Positions 14,084 through 28,081 of a stretch of DNA of 64,000 nt are shown here, piece by piece. The DNA comes from Cycas panzhihuaensis (lineage: Eukaryota; Plantae; Cycadophyta). A program made the position numbers and the translations under genes. The notes under the pieces were generated by a model. That model was not told the DNA's origin and did not search any database. It saw only the letters and a program-made list of their open reading frames with translations. The first letter of the stretch is position 1; each line of letters opens with the position of its first letter. Where the stretch lies: positions 189,355,741-189,419,740 of the forward strand of contig CM041465.1 in assembly GCA_023213395.1 (NCBI GenBank), in the 5' to 3' direction.

Positions 14084-15189
14084 TTAGTGTGAATAAATAA
14101 TAATTTTAATAGGGAATAAAATTATTTTTTAAAAGTTTGGCCTTTATTAGTTAGTATATAATAAGATCCAATTTACAACCATTCATTTTAAGTCCATTTA
14201 AATAAGGATTTTAATGCAAATTTATGTTTTCAAAATTAATATCATATGTAAAAGTTATCTAAAAGGGAGTTTAACTAGGCATAAAAAATTCACCAATGGA
14301 CTAAAGATTTGCTTTAGCCCTTTTATATTTGTCCCTTAGTTGTATTAAGAATGACCATATGACCTATCACTTACTACTTTGGGACTCAATGATGGATTTA
14401 GAAAAGTCATTTTATTTAATTTAATTGTGCATAAATATTAGGGGGAAACAATATTTTTTATATTCTTTTAATTTCAAATTTGTGTATCAATTTTTTTTCC
14501 TATAGTTATTTTTCTGTCTAGATTTTTATTCTACAAAGTTTGTTTGATTTAGAACTACCTAGATTTTATAATCTCAATGAAGATACAATATCTCACTTAT
14601 ACATAACTTATATAGAGGCTCTCATTTCATTTAACATTTAAATCCATATGTAGGAGCTTCTAATAAGGAAATACAAAAGGCAAAAATAAGTTTCTTGATA
14701 TACATTAAAATGTTGATGGGACAGTTAAAGATTATCTAAAATTACTAGTGAGACCTCAAGACACTCTCATCTATGCTTTCATAGTGACCTCTTTCATATT
14801 TTTGCATTGAACATTCCTAATAAACTAATCTTTCCCTCTTATATTTTTTTCACATCATCAATAACACTATTGTGCCTTATGCTTTATGTATTAAAATCGA
14901 TGAGGGACAAAGGTTTCACAGATGATACCAATGTTTTACTTCATCTTCTTAGGATACAATAAATAATTTTCAATTAAGATCTCCCTATATACACCCAACA
15001 ATAAGTTAGATATGGGATTTGATGGTTTATCAAGATTTGTTCCAGCTTAAGAGAGGTAGTTTAGATTAAGGTGGATACATTCTATAAGCTTAAAAGAAAT
15101 AGGATTAATGCTCTAAGAAAGGAGATTGACAATATAAGAGATCAATTACACACTTAAAAATAAAAACTAAAAATAAAAATAGAGAGGGA

Positions 15190-15240
15190 ATATATATATA
15201 TATACATAGATAGATATATAGATATAGATATAGATATAGA
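15190..15240. repeat. Compound (AT)n/(ATAGAT)n microsatellite
   Basis: Directly visible. Confidence 0.9.
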
Positions 15241-15249
15241 AGTAAAGAT

Positions 15250-18200
15250 GTAAGGAAATATTATTTAACTTACAAGTAACAAAATGTAGGGTAGATTTAA
15301 AAGGAGTCACATATAAACTAGAAGTAAAAGTATATAGTTATATGGATATAAGAAAGTTGTTTTAATACTAAATGCTATGTATGGGACAAATATTACTCAT
15401 GCATAGCGAAAGCTATGTGGAGGACAATAAGACCAAATGAAGGTGGTGTTGAAGAATATGAGGGTCATCAATCCCAATAGATAAATCAAGAGTATTGAGA
15501 AGTAATAGGAACACCTCTTAAGGTCAACTACAAAATTGATAATGTCTAGTCAATAGAGCATATGTGGAGCTAATTATCCCAAAATAATGTTAAGAACTAA
15601 GAAAGGATATTATCCTAATATCTCCTCCTAAGGATTAATGACTAATTTGACTAGATGAGAGATAAAATTAAATTCAAATCAAAGATGAAGATATTTACAA
15701 AATAACTTTCCTAATTAGATGTTGATATTATGAGTTTGTGGTATTTCCATTTGGCCAAATAAATTCCTTAACTACATTTATATGTTTGATGAATGATGTG
15801 TCCCCACCATGCTTGGATAAGATCATTATTGTCTTAACATTCTAATCTACTCCAAGCTAAAGTAAGAATGTAATGAACACTTGAAATTAGTACAATAAAT
15901 TCTAAATAAGCATAAACTATATGTCAAATTACGAAAATATGAATTTTATCAAAAATAGGTACAATATTTAGGTCATATAATTCCTAAAGATTGTATCTTT
16001 GTTGATCCACAAAAGATCAAAGTGATTAATGAATTACATATATCTAAGAATGTATTTAAAGTTAGAATCTTTATGTGGCTTGGAGGGTATTGTTAATGAT
16101 ATGTAAAAGGGTTTTCTAAAATTTCCTATTTAATTACCTCATTATGAAAAAGGGGGAAAGAAACTTGAATAAAGCAACAAGTATAAAGAGATATTTTGAA
16201 AGTTAAATAAAATGCTTATTTTAGCTCCCATCCTCACTTTACCAGATACAAATGTAAGCTATGTGCTGTGTATTAATATATGCATGGAGGCAGAATGCTT
16301 ATGTAGAATGGGAAAGTGATATCTTATGAGTCACCTAAACTAAAGGATCACGAAAAGAATTATTAGATACATGATTTGGGACCAATTGCAGTTGTACATG
16401 CTTTGAATATATAGAGGCATTACTTGTTGAGAAGGAAATTTTAGTATAGGACTAATCAAAATAGCTTGAATTGTCTTTTTTAAATAGCATAACTAAATGA
16501 TAGGCAATGAGATGGATGGATATCAATATCAACCATGTTAGATGGCAAGAAAACAAGGTTGTTAATATACTTAATTAAAGGAATCATGATATTTTGACTT
16601 ATGTTGATTGATCAATTATAGATTACTTATTTTAAAGATGTCTAACTTGATTTTACACTAACTTATATTAGTATACTTTGACTAGATTTAATGTTAATGT
16701 ATGAGGCTTTAGTTAGTATTGCTTTACCAAACTTGAATGAATCCATAAAGTAAGGATTATTTAATTATGAATGGTATAAAGAAATGATGGAATTTATTGG
16801 AAAATAAGATTAACATGAAATAGTGCATGCAAGGCTGCTACATAAATATGTCAATTATTAATTGTCAGGTGATGGACCTTTTTTGTATCAATACAAAATC
16901 TATGTTCCCAATGATGTTGTAATGGAGAAATTATCATGTAAGAAGCTAATGATATATTATTTATGGCATATACAGAGTACCAAAGAACTTATTTGGTTAT
17001 GGAGAAGAAATATTTTTGGCTAGGAATGAAGAGGTATATGATCAACTATGTTGTCTAATGCTTATAGTTCCAAAAAACAAAAATAGAACATTGACACTCC
17101 ACGATACTACTTCAACCATTAGAAATTCTTAAATGGAAAAAAAAAAAAATTATTTCCATGAAATTTATCATGGGATTACCAAAGAATATAAGGAAGAATG
17201 ATTATATTATGATTTTAGTTGATAAAATAACAAAATTATCGTAGTTCATTTGAATGTGGTTGATGTATAAAGTTGTTGACATAATGGTAATTTTTATAAA
17301 GGTAACAATACAACTCCATAGAGTTTCAAACATAATTAATTTATATATGGATGTGAAGTTCATATCTAAATTTTAGAATGAATTTTCTAACAAATTAGTC
17401 ACAAAATCAAGGTTTACTACATCATAATATCTTGAGACAAATGGGTAGGCATAATGGGTGAATCAAATACTTGAAGCCATGTTATCATGTATGTGATAGA
17501 GAAATTGAATAAATGAGAAGATTACTTACACTTAGTAAAGTTTATATATAATAGTAGTTGCCATGTGTTAATTTACATGGGGATGTTTAAAGCCTTGTAT
17601 GGGTGAAAATACTCGACTCCTTTGAGATGAAAAACTTTATAAGATAAATATGCCATTGCTTTAGAAATGTTATAGGTATTGAAAGAGCAAGTTGTTAATG
17701 TAAATAAACATCTAAAGGTGACATATGATTAACAAAAGAGTTATATTGACATAAAGAGGATAGTGAGAGAATATGAAGTTCATGAATACGTGTTCCTTCA
17801 CATGTAACTGAAATGAAATTATTTAAACTTATAAAAGTGTAAAAGTATAGTACTAAGATGTTGCAAGATGTTTGAAATTCGAGAGAGAATATGACCAATT
17901 ACATATAGACTTACATTACCACCTAACATAAATGTACATTATGTATTTAACACATCATTAATAAAAAAGTATGTACATGATCCTAACCATTTCATTAATT
18001 AGCCTCTTATTTATGTAGAATTAGGGTTAAGTCTTAGGTGCAACCTATTTGGATATTAGATCAAAAAATAAAAATTCTATATAACTAAGATATCATGTAA
18101 CTAGACATCATATAGGAACACCTATGACTTGATGAATCTATTTGGGAACTTGTAGAGATGATGAAATAATTACATCCATATCTATTCACATGATGTGACA

Positions 18201-19744
18201 ACATGAAGGATGATGCTCCTTTCAAGAGGGAGTAGAATGTGACACCCTTGATATACATTGAGTATTTCATTGTATAATTTTACATATTTCATTGAATATT
18301 TTTATGCTTTATATTTTATGATTATGATTTGACATAAGCACCCATTTGTTACAAAATGATACTCTAGTGAAATATCCCATTAAGTGTGGAGGTGCACCTT
18401 GGTATGTTTTATGTATATGTGACTTTAGTACCAAAATACATGCATACATGTAATGTATTGAGGGATAAACACCCACATACCTCATAAATAATATAAATTA
18501 CTAATTAATATAAAGGCTATATTGGTCAAAGGAATAGTGGAGGGCATATGACATGAGTAAAAGAGGAAGTTCCTATGGAGGGAATATTTTAACAATTAAC
18601 CTTTAGCATTTATTCTCTTTAATGAGCCATATTATAATTAAACAAGGTTAGTGGAGAGTTAGTAGATTATTAAATGAAATATCACTCATGTGTGACACTT
18701 ATTCCCTTTAAAATGTCATTAGAGATAGATTTAATCCCTAGTCACCCTTTATTATTCTCTTAATCTAAGTCAACTTGGAAAAATATGGTTGATAAGAAAG
18801 GTAGTTGACTTTTGTCATAAGAGGACAAGGATGATAAATGTTGAAAGATTTTGGTCATTCAAATTCTATGTATGTATATTTTTAACATTTTAATTGATAA
18901 AGCACTCTCTCTTTTATTGTAAAATTTTATACTTAAGATGGGTTATGTATACTTGTGATCATATATGACTATTGTAACAAGGATTTATGTTGTGATATAA
19001 GAATAAGATATTTTGTTAGCAATGAGATAGTGGTATTTCATTACGTTGAAGTATATAAAATCCAATATGGTAAAATGCCGAGAAAATTTTGAGTGAAGCA
19101 CACTAAAAATATTATGAGATTCTATATATGATATGTTACTCTAGGTTAGAGTATAATACAATATTATGGTGGGATGCCTAAACATGTGTTGAGTTGCATG
19201 GTGTATGATAAATTTCCATTTAGTTATAGTGTGATTAGTTGCTTGAATTTCTTGTGTGATACATGATGACCTATGTGCTTCTTTGTTATGACCTAAGAAA
19301 AGGAAATTAGAGATATTGTAGGATACTTTAGTGTTCATGTCATGTGCTTGCTTATTGGGATGTATTCATGAGAAGATAATTATTAATTAATTGGGTGGTG
19401 AATCCTTCTTAGAAATCTCATTTATTTTGTCAAAGGATAAGTATTTTTGCTCTATTTTATATGAATATTTTCATAATATTATGTAATGAGATATTATATC
19501 AAGTTATATAATCTCCTTTAAGATGTTGCATACACAAATGATATTGCATAAAGTGAGTTACTATATTATAGAATCATATAGAGATTGTATTATCTTTCAT
19601 CTAACTATTAGTATGGTATTTTAATCCTTAATCTTGTGGTTTCATTGTGAGTTATATGAGCTTAGGTAGTCTAGAATTACATTACAATTGATATTAGAGT
19701 AAAATCTCTACTACAATTGTGTCTAACAAAGAGGGGTCATCACA
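15250..19744 (+). mobile_element. Element D: 5'-truncated Ty3/Gypsy (Tekay/Del-like) with a long 3' LTR
   Basis: RT relic (PRIDDLFDQMR-like at about 15625; IKDEDIYKITF...YEFVVFPFG at about 15680-15755). RNase H at about 16250-16570. Integrase at about 16950-17600. VHNVFHVSLLKKYVHDPNH-like at about 17930-17990. PPT AAGAGGGAGTAGAA followed by the LTR. Confidence 0.85.
18238..19744 (+). repeat. 3' LTR of D (about 1.5 kb)
   Basis: Starts TGTGACACCC directly after the PPT. Ends GGGGTCATCACA (imperfect terminal inverted repeat). Coding sequence of F begins at 19745. Confidence 0.65.
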
Positions 19745-22369
19745 CATATCAATTGCTTAACCCTCATGATTATATGAGTTTTGACAAGACTATATAATGA
19801 ATTATATATCTAACCAACTAATTAAGAGGCGAAACAAAAAGAATGATCAGAACAAATTAGCTCATTAGCAAAAAAAACCTATTGTATAAAAAATCAAGAT
19901 ATATCTTCCAAATAACTCTAGTCTTAGGAATTAAATACTTCAACAATATCATTAGAACCTACCAATAGACCATTATAGGTTTTTCAAAATGGAAAGAAGG
20001 GTTAAATACTTCTTCTATGAGGAAGGCATGGTTACCACTACTGGAAACTGACTATAAGAGTAGTATGGCCAACTTCTAGTATTTATCAGAGGAGTTTGGT
20101 TGGCTTCTTAAGTTGCATCTTGGTTGCCTATTTATAGGGCTTTATAGTCTAGGTTTTGGGCATCTCTTTTAGAGTTTCAAACCTATTATAACCTTGGACT
20201 TAAAGGCAATAATGGGAGATTACCTCACCTTAAAGAGGGTGCAAGCAATTAAACTTTTAGATCAATATTAAGTGGTAACTCCAATTTACATATTATTAGT
20301 ATTATTTTACTTCAAATATTTAGTTTGTTTGGTTTTTATAAGTTGTGGATACTACATAATTTACTTGATTATTTATGTTAGTGTTTGTTTAACTATTTAA
20401 AACCCTAGAAGATATATTTATTTGTGAAGATTCTATGTGTTTGAGGTGTGAATTTCCATAGGAATTCCTACAAGTGGTATTGGATCCTTATTATGAAGGC
20501 CTTTTTTTTTAGAAGTATGTTACAGATTGAGAGCTAGTAGAGAAGATTAGGGTGCCCAAGCAAAAAATGGAGTAACTTTTTTCTTTCAAATAATGGAGTT
20601 GAGATCTAAGAAAAGACTAGTACCATGTAAAATGATGAATCAACCATTAGTAACCATAAAGGATATAAATCATAGGGTAGATACTGTGAACAATGACATA
20701 GCACACATAAGCAAGGAAACAAAGGATCTTGGAGAGATATTCAATAGAGTAATATAAGAATTCTTTAAGAGAAAAGAGTAATGTAAGGATGAGGTAGGGA
20801 TATCTAGGAAAAGGGAAGGTGATCACTAGGAAAATGATGAAGAAGAATGGAAAGACAAGCCAAGCCAAGGACTTAAGGGTACTAAATTCATTCTAGAGAA
20901 ATTTAACCTAAAAAAGTCAAGAGACATCCACAGTTAGATAATCCAAATGGAGATCTATTTTCAGGTAAATGCTCTATTGAAAAATGATAAAACACTAGTA
21001 GCATCCCTTAACTTATATAGGAAATCCTTTAACTGGTTCCATTGATGGAATAGGATCTATGAAAAGGCAAAATACTACAACTAGATTTTCTTGAAAGTAA
21101 GCTTCATAGGACAATATGAAGACTTATGAAACATAGATTATTTTACCTAACTTATATGTTTACAATAAACTAGATTAGTATTTTAAACTCTACACAACCT
21201 TGTCAATAAGAAAATTAAAGATGAACACCTTGTATAAGCATATGCCATAGGACAAACATTAAATTCTACCTAAAGATAATGAGAGTAGTAACCTTATGTA
21301 ATGCAATCTACCATGTAAAGAACAAGCTAAATACTAAGAAGTAAGACATGGTGATGTCCACCACAATAAGCCCCTAGATATTAAAGCTAAAATTTTCAAA
21401 CCAACTAGAACCACTCAATGAAAATATCAAGCCCATACTTATGAAAGAGAATGAAGAAGGGATAATAGGGAGTAATGTATATAAAGTTAAGCATCTTAAG
21501 AGAGGAACTTGCTTTAATTGCATAAGGAAATGGAATTGGGACTACAAGTGTCTTGAAAAGAAGGTATTCATGATCAACAACAAAGATATGAATATTCTAG
21601 ATGAATTCAAAGAAGAACCACATGTTAAAAATGACAAAGCAAAGATTAAAGAATTACTTAACATAGGTGCTGAAAATGTGTAGATATTATTACAAGTAAT
21701 TATAGGAAAACTCAATACCCCTTAAATACTATGATTCTAAGGAATAATAAAAAATACAAAAATATCAATCCTAATAGATAATGAGAGTATCTGTAAGTTT
21801 AATAAACCAATAGTGAAAAAAATATATCCACCAATTCAACCCCTCAAAGTATTTTAGGTCATTGTCACTAATGGGAAGACTATGAAGGAAAGTGACAGTT
21901 CAAGCCAGATTCCACCCAAGTTTAAGTGATATAATGTACTCATAGAGTATGAATATAAAACTAATAATAAAATGTAAGGAGGTTGAATTAGTTAATCTAA
22001 CAACATCAAAAATATTTCATTAATCAACTCTCATATATATAATTACATCAATGTTTCCTTAGATATACAAGAATTTACAATTATGAGAGATGCATGTAGG
22101 AATACAAAGGGTTGATTATGTAAGGTGATATTTGGTGCCTTATATGGTCAACTTATAAGAGTGTTACAATGAGGTGTGAGTAAATATGATCCCTTATAAT
22201 TAGGCTTATAACCTCGAGTTGTAACTTATCATAAGTATGACACTAATACCCTTACAATGTACTAACTTACTAACATCACTTTAATATTATAAATGAACTT
22301 TACATTTATAAAAGGATAAAGTTAAGTCAATAAAATGATCATTAATTCTTCTATCACCCTCTCTTAATA

Positions 22370-24254
22370 ATGAACTCATTAATTTTGATACTGAGACCAT
22401 GCCAAAACTATTTGAGTTTATTATGAGAAAGTGCTTTAATGAAGATATCAATAATATATTCAATGGTCAACTAGTAAATCAAATTAATATTATCATCCCA
22501 AGCATGCTCCCTAATGAAGTGATAGTGAACCTCAATATGTTATGTTCTTGCATGGAACATAAGATTCTTGGTCAAATTGACAACACTTTGATTATCATAG
22601 AAGAGAGTAATAGATTATCTTTAACCAATACCAAGCTCTTCAAGAATCCTTCTAATTAGATGGCCTTAGTAGCTATGCTAACTGTTTCTTTATACTCTAC
22701 TTCAGTGGAGGATAAGGTTGTATTTGGCTAGGTTTTATAACTCTAGGAAATAAAATAAAAACTTAAGTTAAAATAATAACTTGAGGATGATCTATGACTA
22801 TCCTTATAACTAACCCAATTAGCATTAGTGTATCCTGCCAAAGAAGGATTATCCACCTAGCAATAGTCAAGTCTAAATTAAAGTGAACCTCAAAGATATT
22901 TCAAGATCTACATAACTACTTTCTAATGTGAAATCTTAGGTTGAGTCATAAACCTTAAGTAAATCCCATTAACATATGAAATATCTAGTCTAGTATGTAC
23001 GAGGTAAATTAATTTTCCCACAAGTTGCTTATACAAAGTGGGATCTATAGAGTTACCATACTTATTAATATCCAACTTTAATCTAATCTCCATAGGAGTT
23101 GGTAATGGCTTAAATTCCTCCATTCTAAAATTTTAAGAGATCTCCCTTTTATATTTTGACTATAAAGGGAAGATATTTTCTAGCTACTATCGAACTTCCA
23201 TGTTGAAAAAGTAATGAAGCAACCTAAGGTTAGTAATCTTAAAGATACTATTCAATTCCCCTTAGATGTATGAAACACACCCTATGTTATTACCTATTAT
23301 TAGAAAATCATCAGCATTCTAGAGTTACTAAATTATCTCAGATTCTAATATCTAAATTTAGATTCGTGGATGAGCATACAAGTCTATACTTCTAAAAGTA
23401 CTCATTTATCTTTGCATATCAATAGAGAGCTGACTACTTAAGGCCACAAAGAGCATTTTTAGCTTGTAAATTAGATGTTCTTTTAAACAAATAATATAGT
23501 TAAGAGGTTGATTCAAGTACACTTCCTCTTGTAAGTAACCATTTAAGAAGGCACTTTTTACATCCATTTAAAAGACATGGTAATTAAATTGAACTACTAA
23601 AGTCAAAATAAGACTAATAGTGGTGATGTTGGCAATATAGGTAAATGCGTCCTCATAATTAATTCCCTTAATCTATTTAATACCTTTAGAAGCCAAATAT
23701 ACTTTAAACATTGAATAGAGCCATCTACATAAAATTTTATTTTGTAAATCCATCTACAATCAATAGGTTTCTTTCCTTTCGGCAACTCAATTAGCTCCTA
23801 AGTGTCATTTTGTAAAATAGAATCAATCTTCTTATTCTTACATGTTTATAACTTTTAATATGTAATAACTTCTTCAAAAGTGATACCTTTAATAGTTGAT
23901 AATACTTCTACTATTAAGGGCAAGTTGGTGGATGATAAGTATTTGGATTACCTCTTAATTTGTTATGGTGGTGGCAGAGTAGAAGAGATTACCTATAAGT
24001 ACCATTTAGGGGGCTTCTTTAAAGTGACCTCTTCTTGAACATCTTTTGAAGGACTTGTTAAAGTGTATATTAAAGTAGAGGTAGCAGGTACAAATGAAGT
24101 ACCGGGTGCATATGATATTAGTGAAGGTAATTAAATTAAAAGAACATATTAAGTAGTAGTAAGAGGAGTAGGAGCATCTATAGGTTGTTCATCAAATAAT
24201 GAAAGTTAAGTCATGTCTAGGTCTTGGTTCTCTTCTAAAAAGATAATATCTTGA

Positions 24255-24291
<37 letters not shown>

Positions 24292-26664
24292 TTGCTTAGT
24301 AGTAGAATCATAAAGTTGATATGCTTTGTAGTAAGATTAATAGCAAATAAAATACATTTCTTTCTTTTATCCCCTAGTTTCTTTCTTTGTTCTTTTAGTA
24401 TAAACATATATTTTATACAACCAAAGGTGCATATATGTAAGACTATGGGTTTTTGACTTGACCAGACCTCCTCGGGTATAATATTCAAAATATCCTTAGT
24501 TAGAGTTTGATTTATAAGGTAACTAACTATGTTAAGGGATTCAACCTAAAATTAAAGTCCTAAATTTTTAGCAGTAAGCATGACTTTGCCTTTGCTAACT
24601 AAGGTCCAATTCATGCACTTAACAACTCCATTTTGATGAGGCATGTAAGGGGAAAAGAGCTATCATTTAATACCATTATCCTTATAAAATTGGATGAACT
24701 CTCTAGAAGTGTATTCACCTCCATTATCACAATGAAGGATTTTGATTGACTTTCCATATTCCAATTCAATGCCATACTTGAATTCTCTAAAGTTTTAAAA
24801 TGCTTTTGATTCTTGCTTTAAGAAATAAACCTAAAATTTTTAGGAATAATCATTAATAAATATAATAAAATATTAATAACCATTGAAAAATACTTGTGAC
24901 ATGGGTCCATAAATGTTAGAATATACTAGGCCTAGTAGTTCCTTAGCACACTAAGCTATTCCATCTGATTTAAACATAGCCCAATGATATTTTTCCAAAA
25001 CACAAGCCTCACAAATACATTTGGTCTATTTAATATTTGTATTCCATGCACCATATTTAGTTTGAAAAATAGATGAAAGCTATTCATATTCAAAGGATCA
25101 AGACATTGATGCCACAATTGATCTTTTAAGTCTTTAAGAAATAAGTACTTTTGAAGCAAATTGTTCATCATTATTTGAAGTAGAAGTAGATGAATTTGAA
25201 ATGAAAGTTATATTACTATGAGATTTAATATCATTTTGCAGGAACAAGGGTCTTGAAATTTCATCAAGCTTATATAAACCTTGGTCTTAATATCCAAAGG
25301 TAATTAAATTATTATTCAAATCTATAATCAAATATTTTCTAAGTTTTTCTTATTTATTTAGCTCACTGATAGCAGGTTACATGACATACTAGGGACATAG
25401 AAAACATTAATAAGGTGATGTTGAATATTAGAATTCTTTAGAGATATGGAAGCATTGTTGATCTTAGCAACCTCTAAAATGGCATTGCCACCAAACGTAA
25501 TAAATTGGTCTTATATTAGCCTTGTATCTATAAGTAGTTCTTTAGAATGTGTCATATGATGATATGCTCTAGAGTCTATCAACCAAGATTTATCAGAATG
25601 ATGTGTAGTTGATGTAGCAAAGAAATGATTTTGAGAACATCCATGTGGACACCTTGATTATGATTTTGTCCATGGTTATAATTTATATATTTTTTATTAC
25701 CCTTAGGGGCATTTTGATTCTACCTCTTTAATCCTTAATAGTCATTTTGATTTTACCTCCTTAGTTCTTAATAATTACCACATCCATGATTCTAATTGCC
25801 CCATATTATAAGATGGTTTTCGGGTTGTTATTATTAAAGATCAATTATTTTCTTCCTATGATTATGTGCAATTTGTCCAAGCTTCCTGCAATAGTGACAA
25901 GTAACCTTAGTAGGATATTATTGTCACTACTGACACTACTGATAGGGATGTTGGTTTAAATTTATTAAACTAAACTACTGGGTAAGGTATAGATGTTGTT
26001 ATCTCTCTCTATGTCAAGCTATAAAGGTTGGAGTAGAAGATGACATACTTGAATCTCCCTATCTATTTGGTATACATTCTTATTAAAGTAGAATAACTTC
26101 AAAGGTGTTGAAATAAAGTATGGTAAGATGATCAGTACAAGATAGGTTGGATATGAGGGAATTATATCAAGTTGACAAAAAACTAACAATATAAGATATA
26201 AGGTCATTATCATCAGGTGGTTATCTTATAACACTCAACTAGTTCTTGATCAATTTATTCTATGTCAAATGAGCTATAATCAATATAGTAAATGGTACGG
26301 AATAGAGTTAGACTTTGAGCATGACAACTCTTACATTATCTTTCCTCTCACATAATGTACAAATTATGTTCTAAGCTTTAGCAGAACTAGGAAAAAGTTT
26401 AATATTCTTGTCAACATTATCTTTATAGGAGAAGTATAGGAAGGAAAGGGTAACTTCATCAAATTCTTTAAAGGAGTATATAACAATAGGATTAACAAGA
26501 ATAACAACATCAAGGTCATTGGGATCTTGGGCGTCTTTAGACATCAGTATATCACCAAAAACATAAGCCTATAATTTGTTTATTATTAGAATATTCTTGA
26601 CATATTTCTTCCAAGCCAAGAAATTATCACTATTAGATAATTTAATTATATTAGTTATGACCAT
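22370..26664 (-). pseudogene. Copia gag-pol of G, disrupted
   Basis: ATG at 26664. Knuckle CHYCRKLG at about 25870-25905. Protease WLIDS at about 25570-25585. ORF-track fragments LWHQCLDPLNMNS (pre-integrase), KKPIDCRWIYKIK and YKQLVGKLIYLVHTRLDI (RT). RNase H at about 22380-22800. Confidence 0.9.
24257..24290. repeat. (TA)17 microsatellite inside G integrase C-terminal region
   Basis: Directly visible. Confidence 0.95.
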
Positions 26665-27988
26665 TTAAAGTGTCATTTTTGTCTTAGGTATGTGTCGTGT
26701 CTACCTAAAATGATGTACTAATCTAGTAGTTATTGTCTTCATTCCTTATTTCCTAATAGGCCATAGTAGTTGAGATGGTTTTATCTAATGGCATACCTAC
26801 TCACAACCAGTAGCTTAGAGACCCCATATACCCAAAGATATATGAGTGCTATTCAAGGCTCTAGTACCCTCCTAACATTATTGACCCACTTGCACTAGAT
26901 TTATAGTCTGAATGACAAATCTTCATCTAAAGACATAGTTACAACCAAGGCATTCATCTCTAGCCTAGTTTACAAATAATAAGGTTTATAGAGATATACC
27001 TTAACCTACTATTAAATACACTTAATAGATATTACCTTCCCCTATAGTCTATACAATTCAAGAAAGCACAATAGCATGTGTAAGAGTGGTAACTTCAAGG
27101 GTCCTAATTATTCTTCTTATAAGATTAGTAATCAAGGTGGTTTACTTAGAATTTTTATCTTTCTTAATCCTTCAAGTTTTTAAAATTTTAATGGTTTTAT
27201 AATAAAATTTAAATTCATTTTATATTTTTAAATATAAATCTAAAAACTCTTCTAAAAAGCTAAAAAGACTACCTAAAATAGATTGAAAAATAAGCTTAAA
27301 ATGAATAAAAATAGGATAAAATATTATTAAAAATGATTTTTAAAAGAACTTTATGATGGGGATAAAAATAAAAAAAGAAACAATATATAAATATCCTAAA
27401 GCATATAATCTAAAGTTTCAAAAACTATGGAAAAAAAAATGATGGGTTTGGTAAAATCAGAATGAGCAAATGAGGATTCAAAGATAAATTTCTCTTCAAC
27501 GAAGCTCTAGAATCTCAATATGTCATGGCATTCAAGATTAAGACATTATAAGGATCACAGAAAATGGTCATAACAATCAGTTTTGTCACTCCTATTATGA
27601 ATGGTAAGTAGTTAAAACCCTAAAAAATTGCCCAAGTTCATCACTCCAAATTGATCAATCTCCACCTCTACTAGCAACTAGATTATACCAGCTACTTCTT
27701 TAATTTTGCATGAAGTTTATGCCTTCCTTCATAATTCTATAAATTTAGAGTATGGATTTAAGTAATTAGCACCCAATTGGTAAATAAAAATATTCAAAAA
27801 TATGCTTGTTTTCCTTTGATTCAAATTCATTAAAGAGCCTCCAAGAGATGCCCAAGAACATGTTATCCTTCAATTATACAATATTAACTCTCAAGGTGCC
27901 GTTAAACTAGCTCACAATGATGAAGATATGCATAGAGGAGCCTATTTATATTAGAGAGGAGACAGTATATTCCCTATCATCCTACTTC

Positions 27989-28081
27989 ATGGAGGAGCTC
28001 TAAGAGATTTTCAAGGTTCTTGACTCCAATAGTGATGTGAGGATTTATGGGGTAGAACTAGGATTTGTTGTAGGCTTCATT
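27989..28081 (+). pseudogene. Decayed calmodulin-like (CML) EF-hand fragment inside the leader of G
   Basis: Translates MEEL*EIFKVLDSNSDVRIYGVELGFVVGFI. Matches the EF-hand pattern EELxxxFxxxD-x-N-G-D-G-x-I-S-x-x-E-L with mostly single-base changes. Confidence 0.65.

Noticed and set aside
19974-20029. TATAGGTTTTTC as the start of E's 5' LTR
   Set aside because: This stretch translates as the continuation of F's integrase zinc-finger region (HYRFFK...EGM), so it belongs to F.
27630-27780. PPR/E-domain-like translation on the minus strand in G's leader
   Set aside because: Similarity depends on switching frames and is too weak to distinguish from chance.
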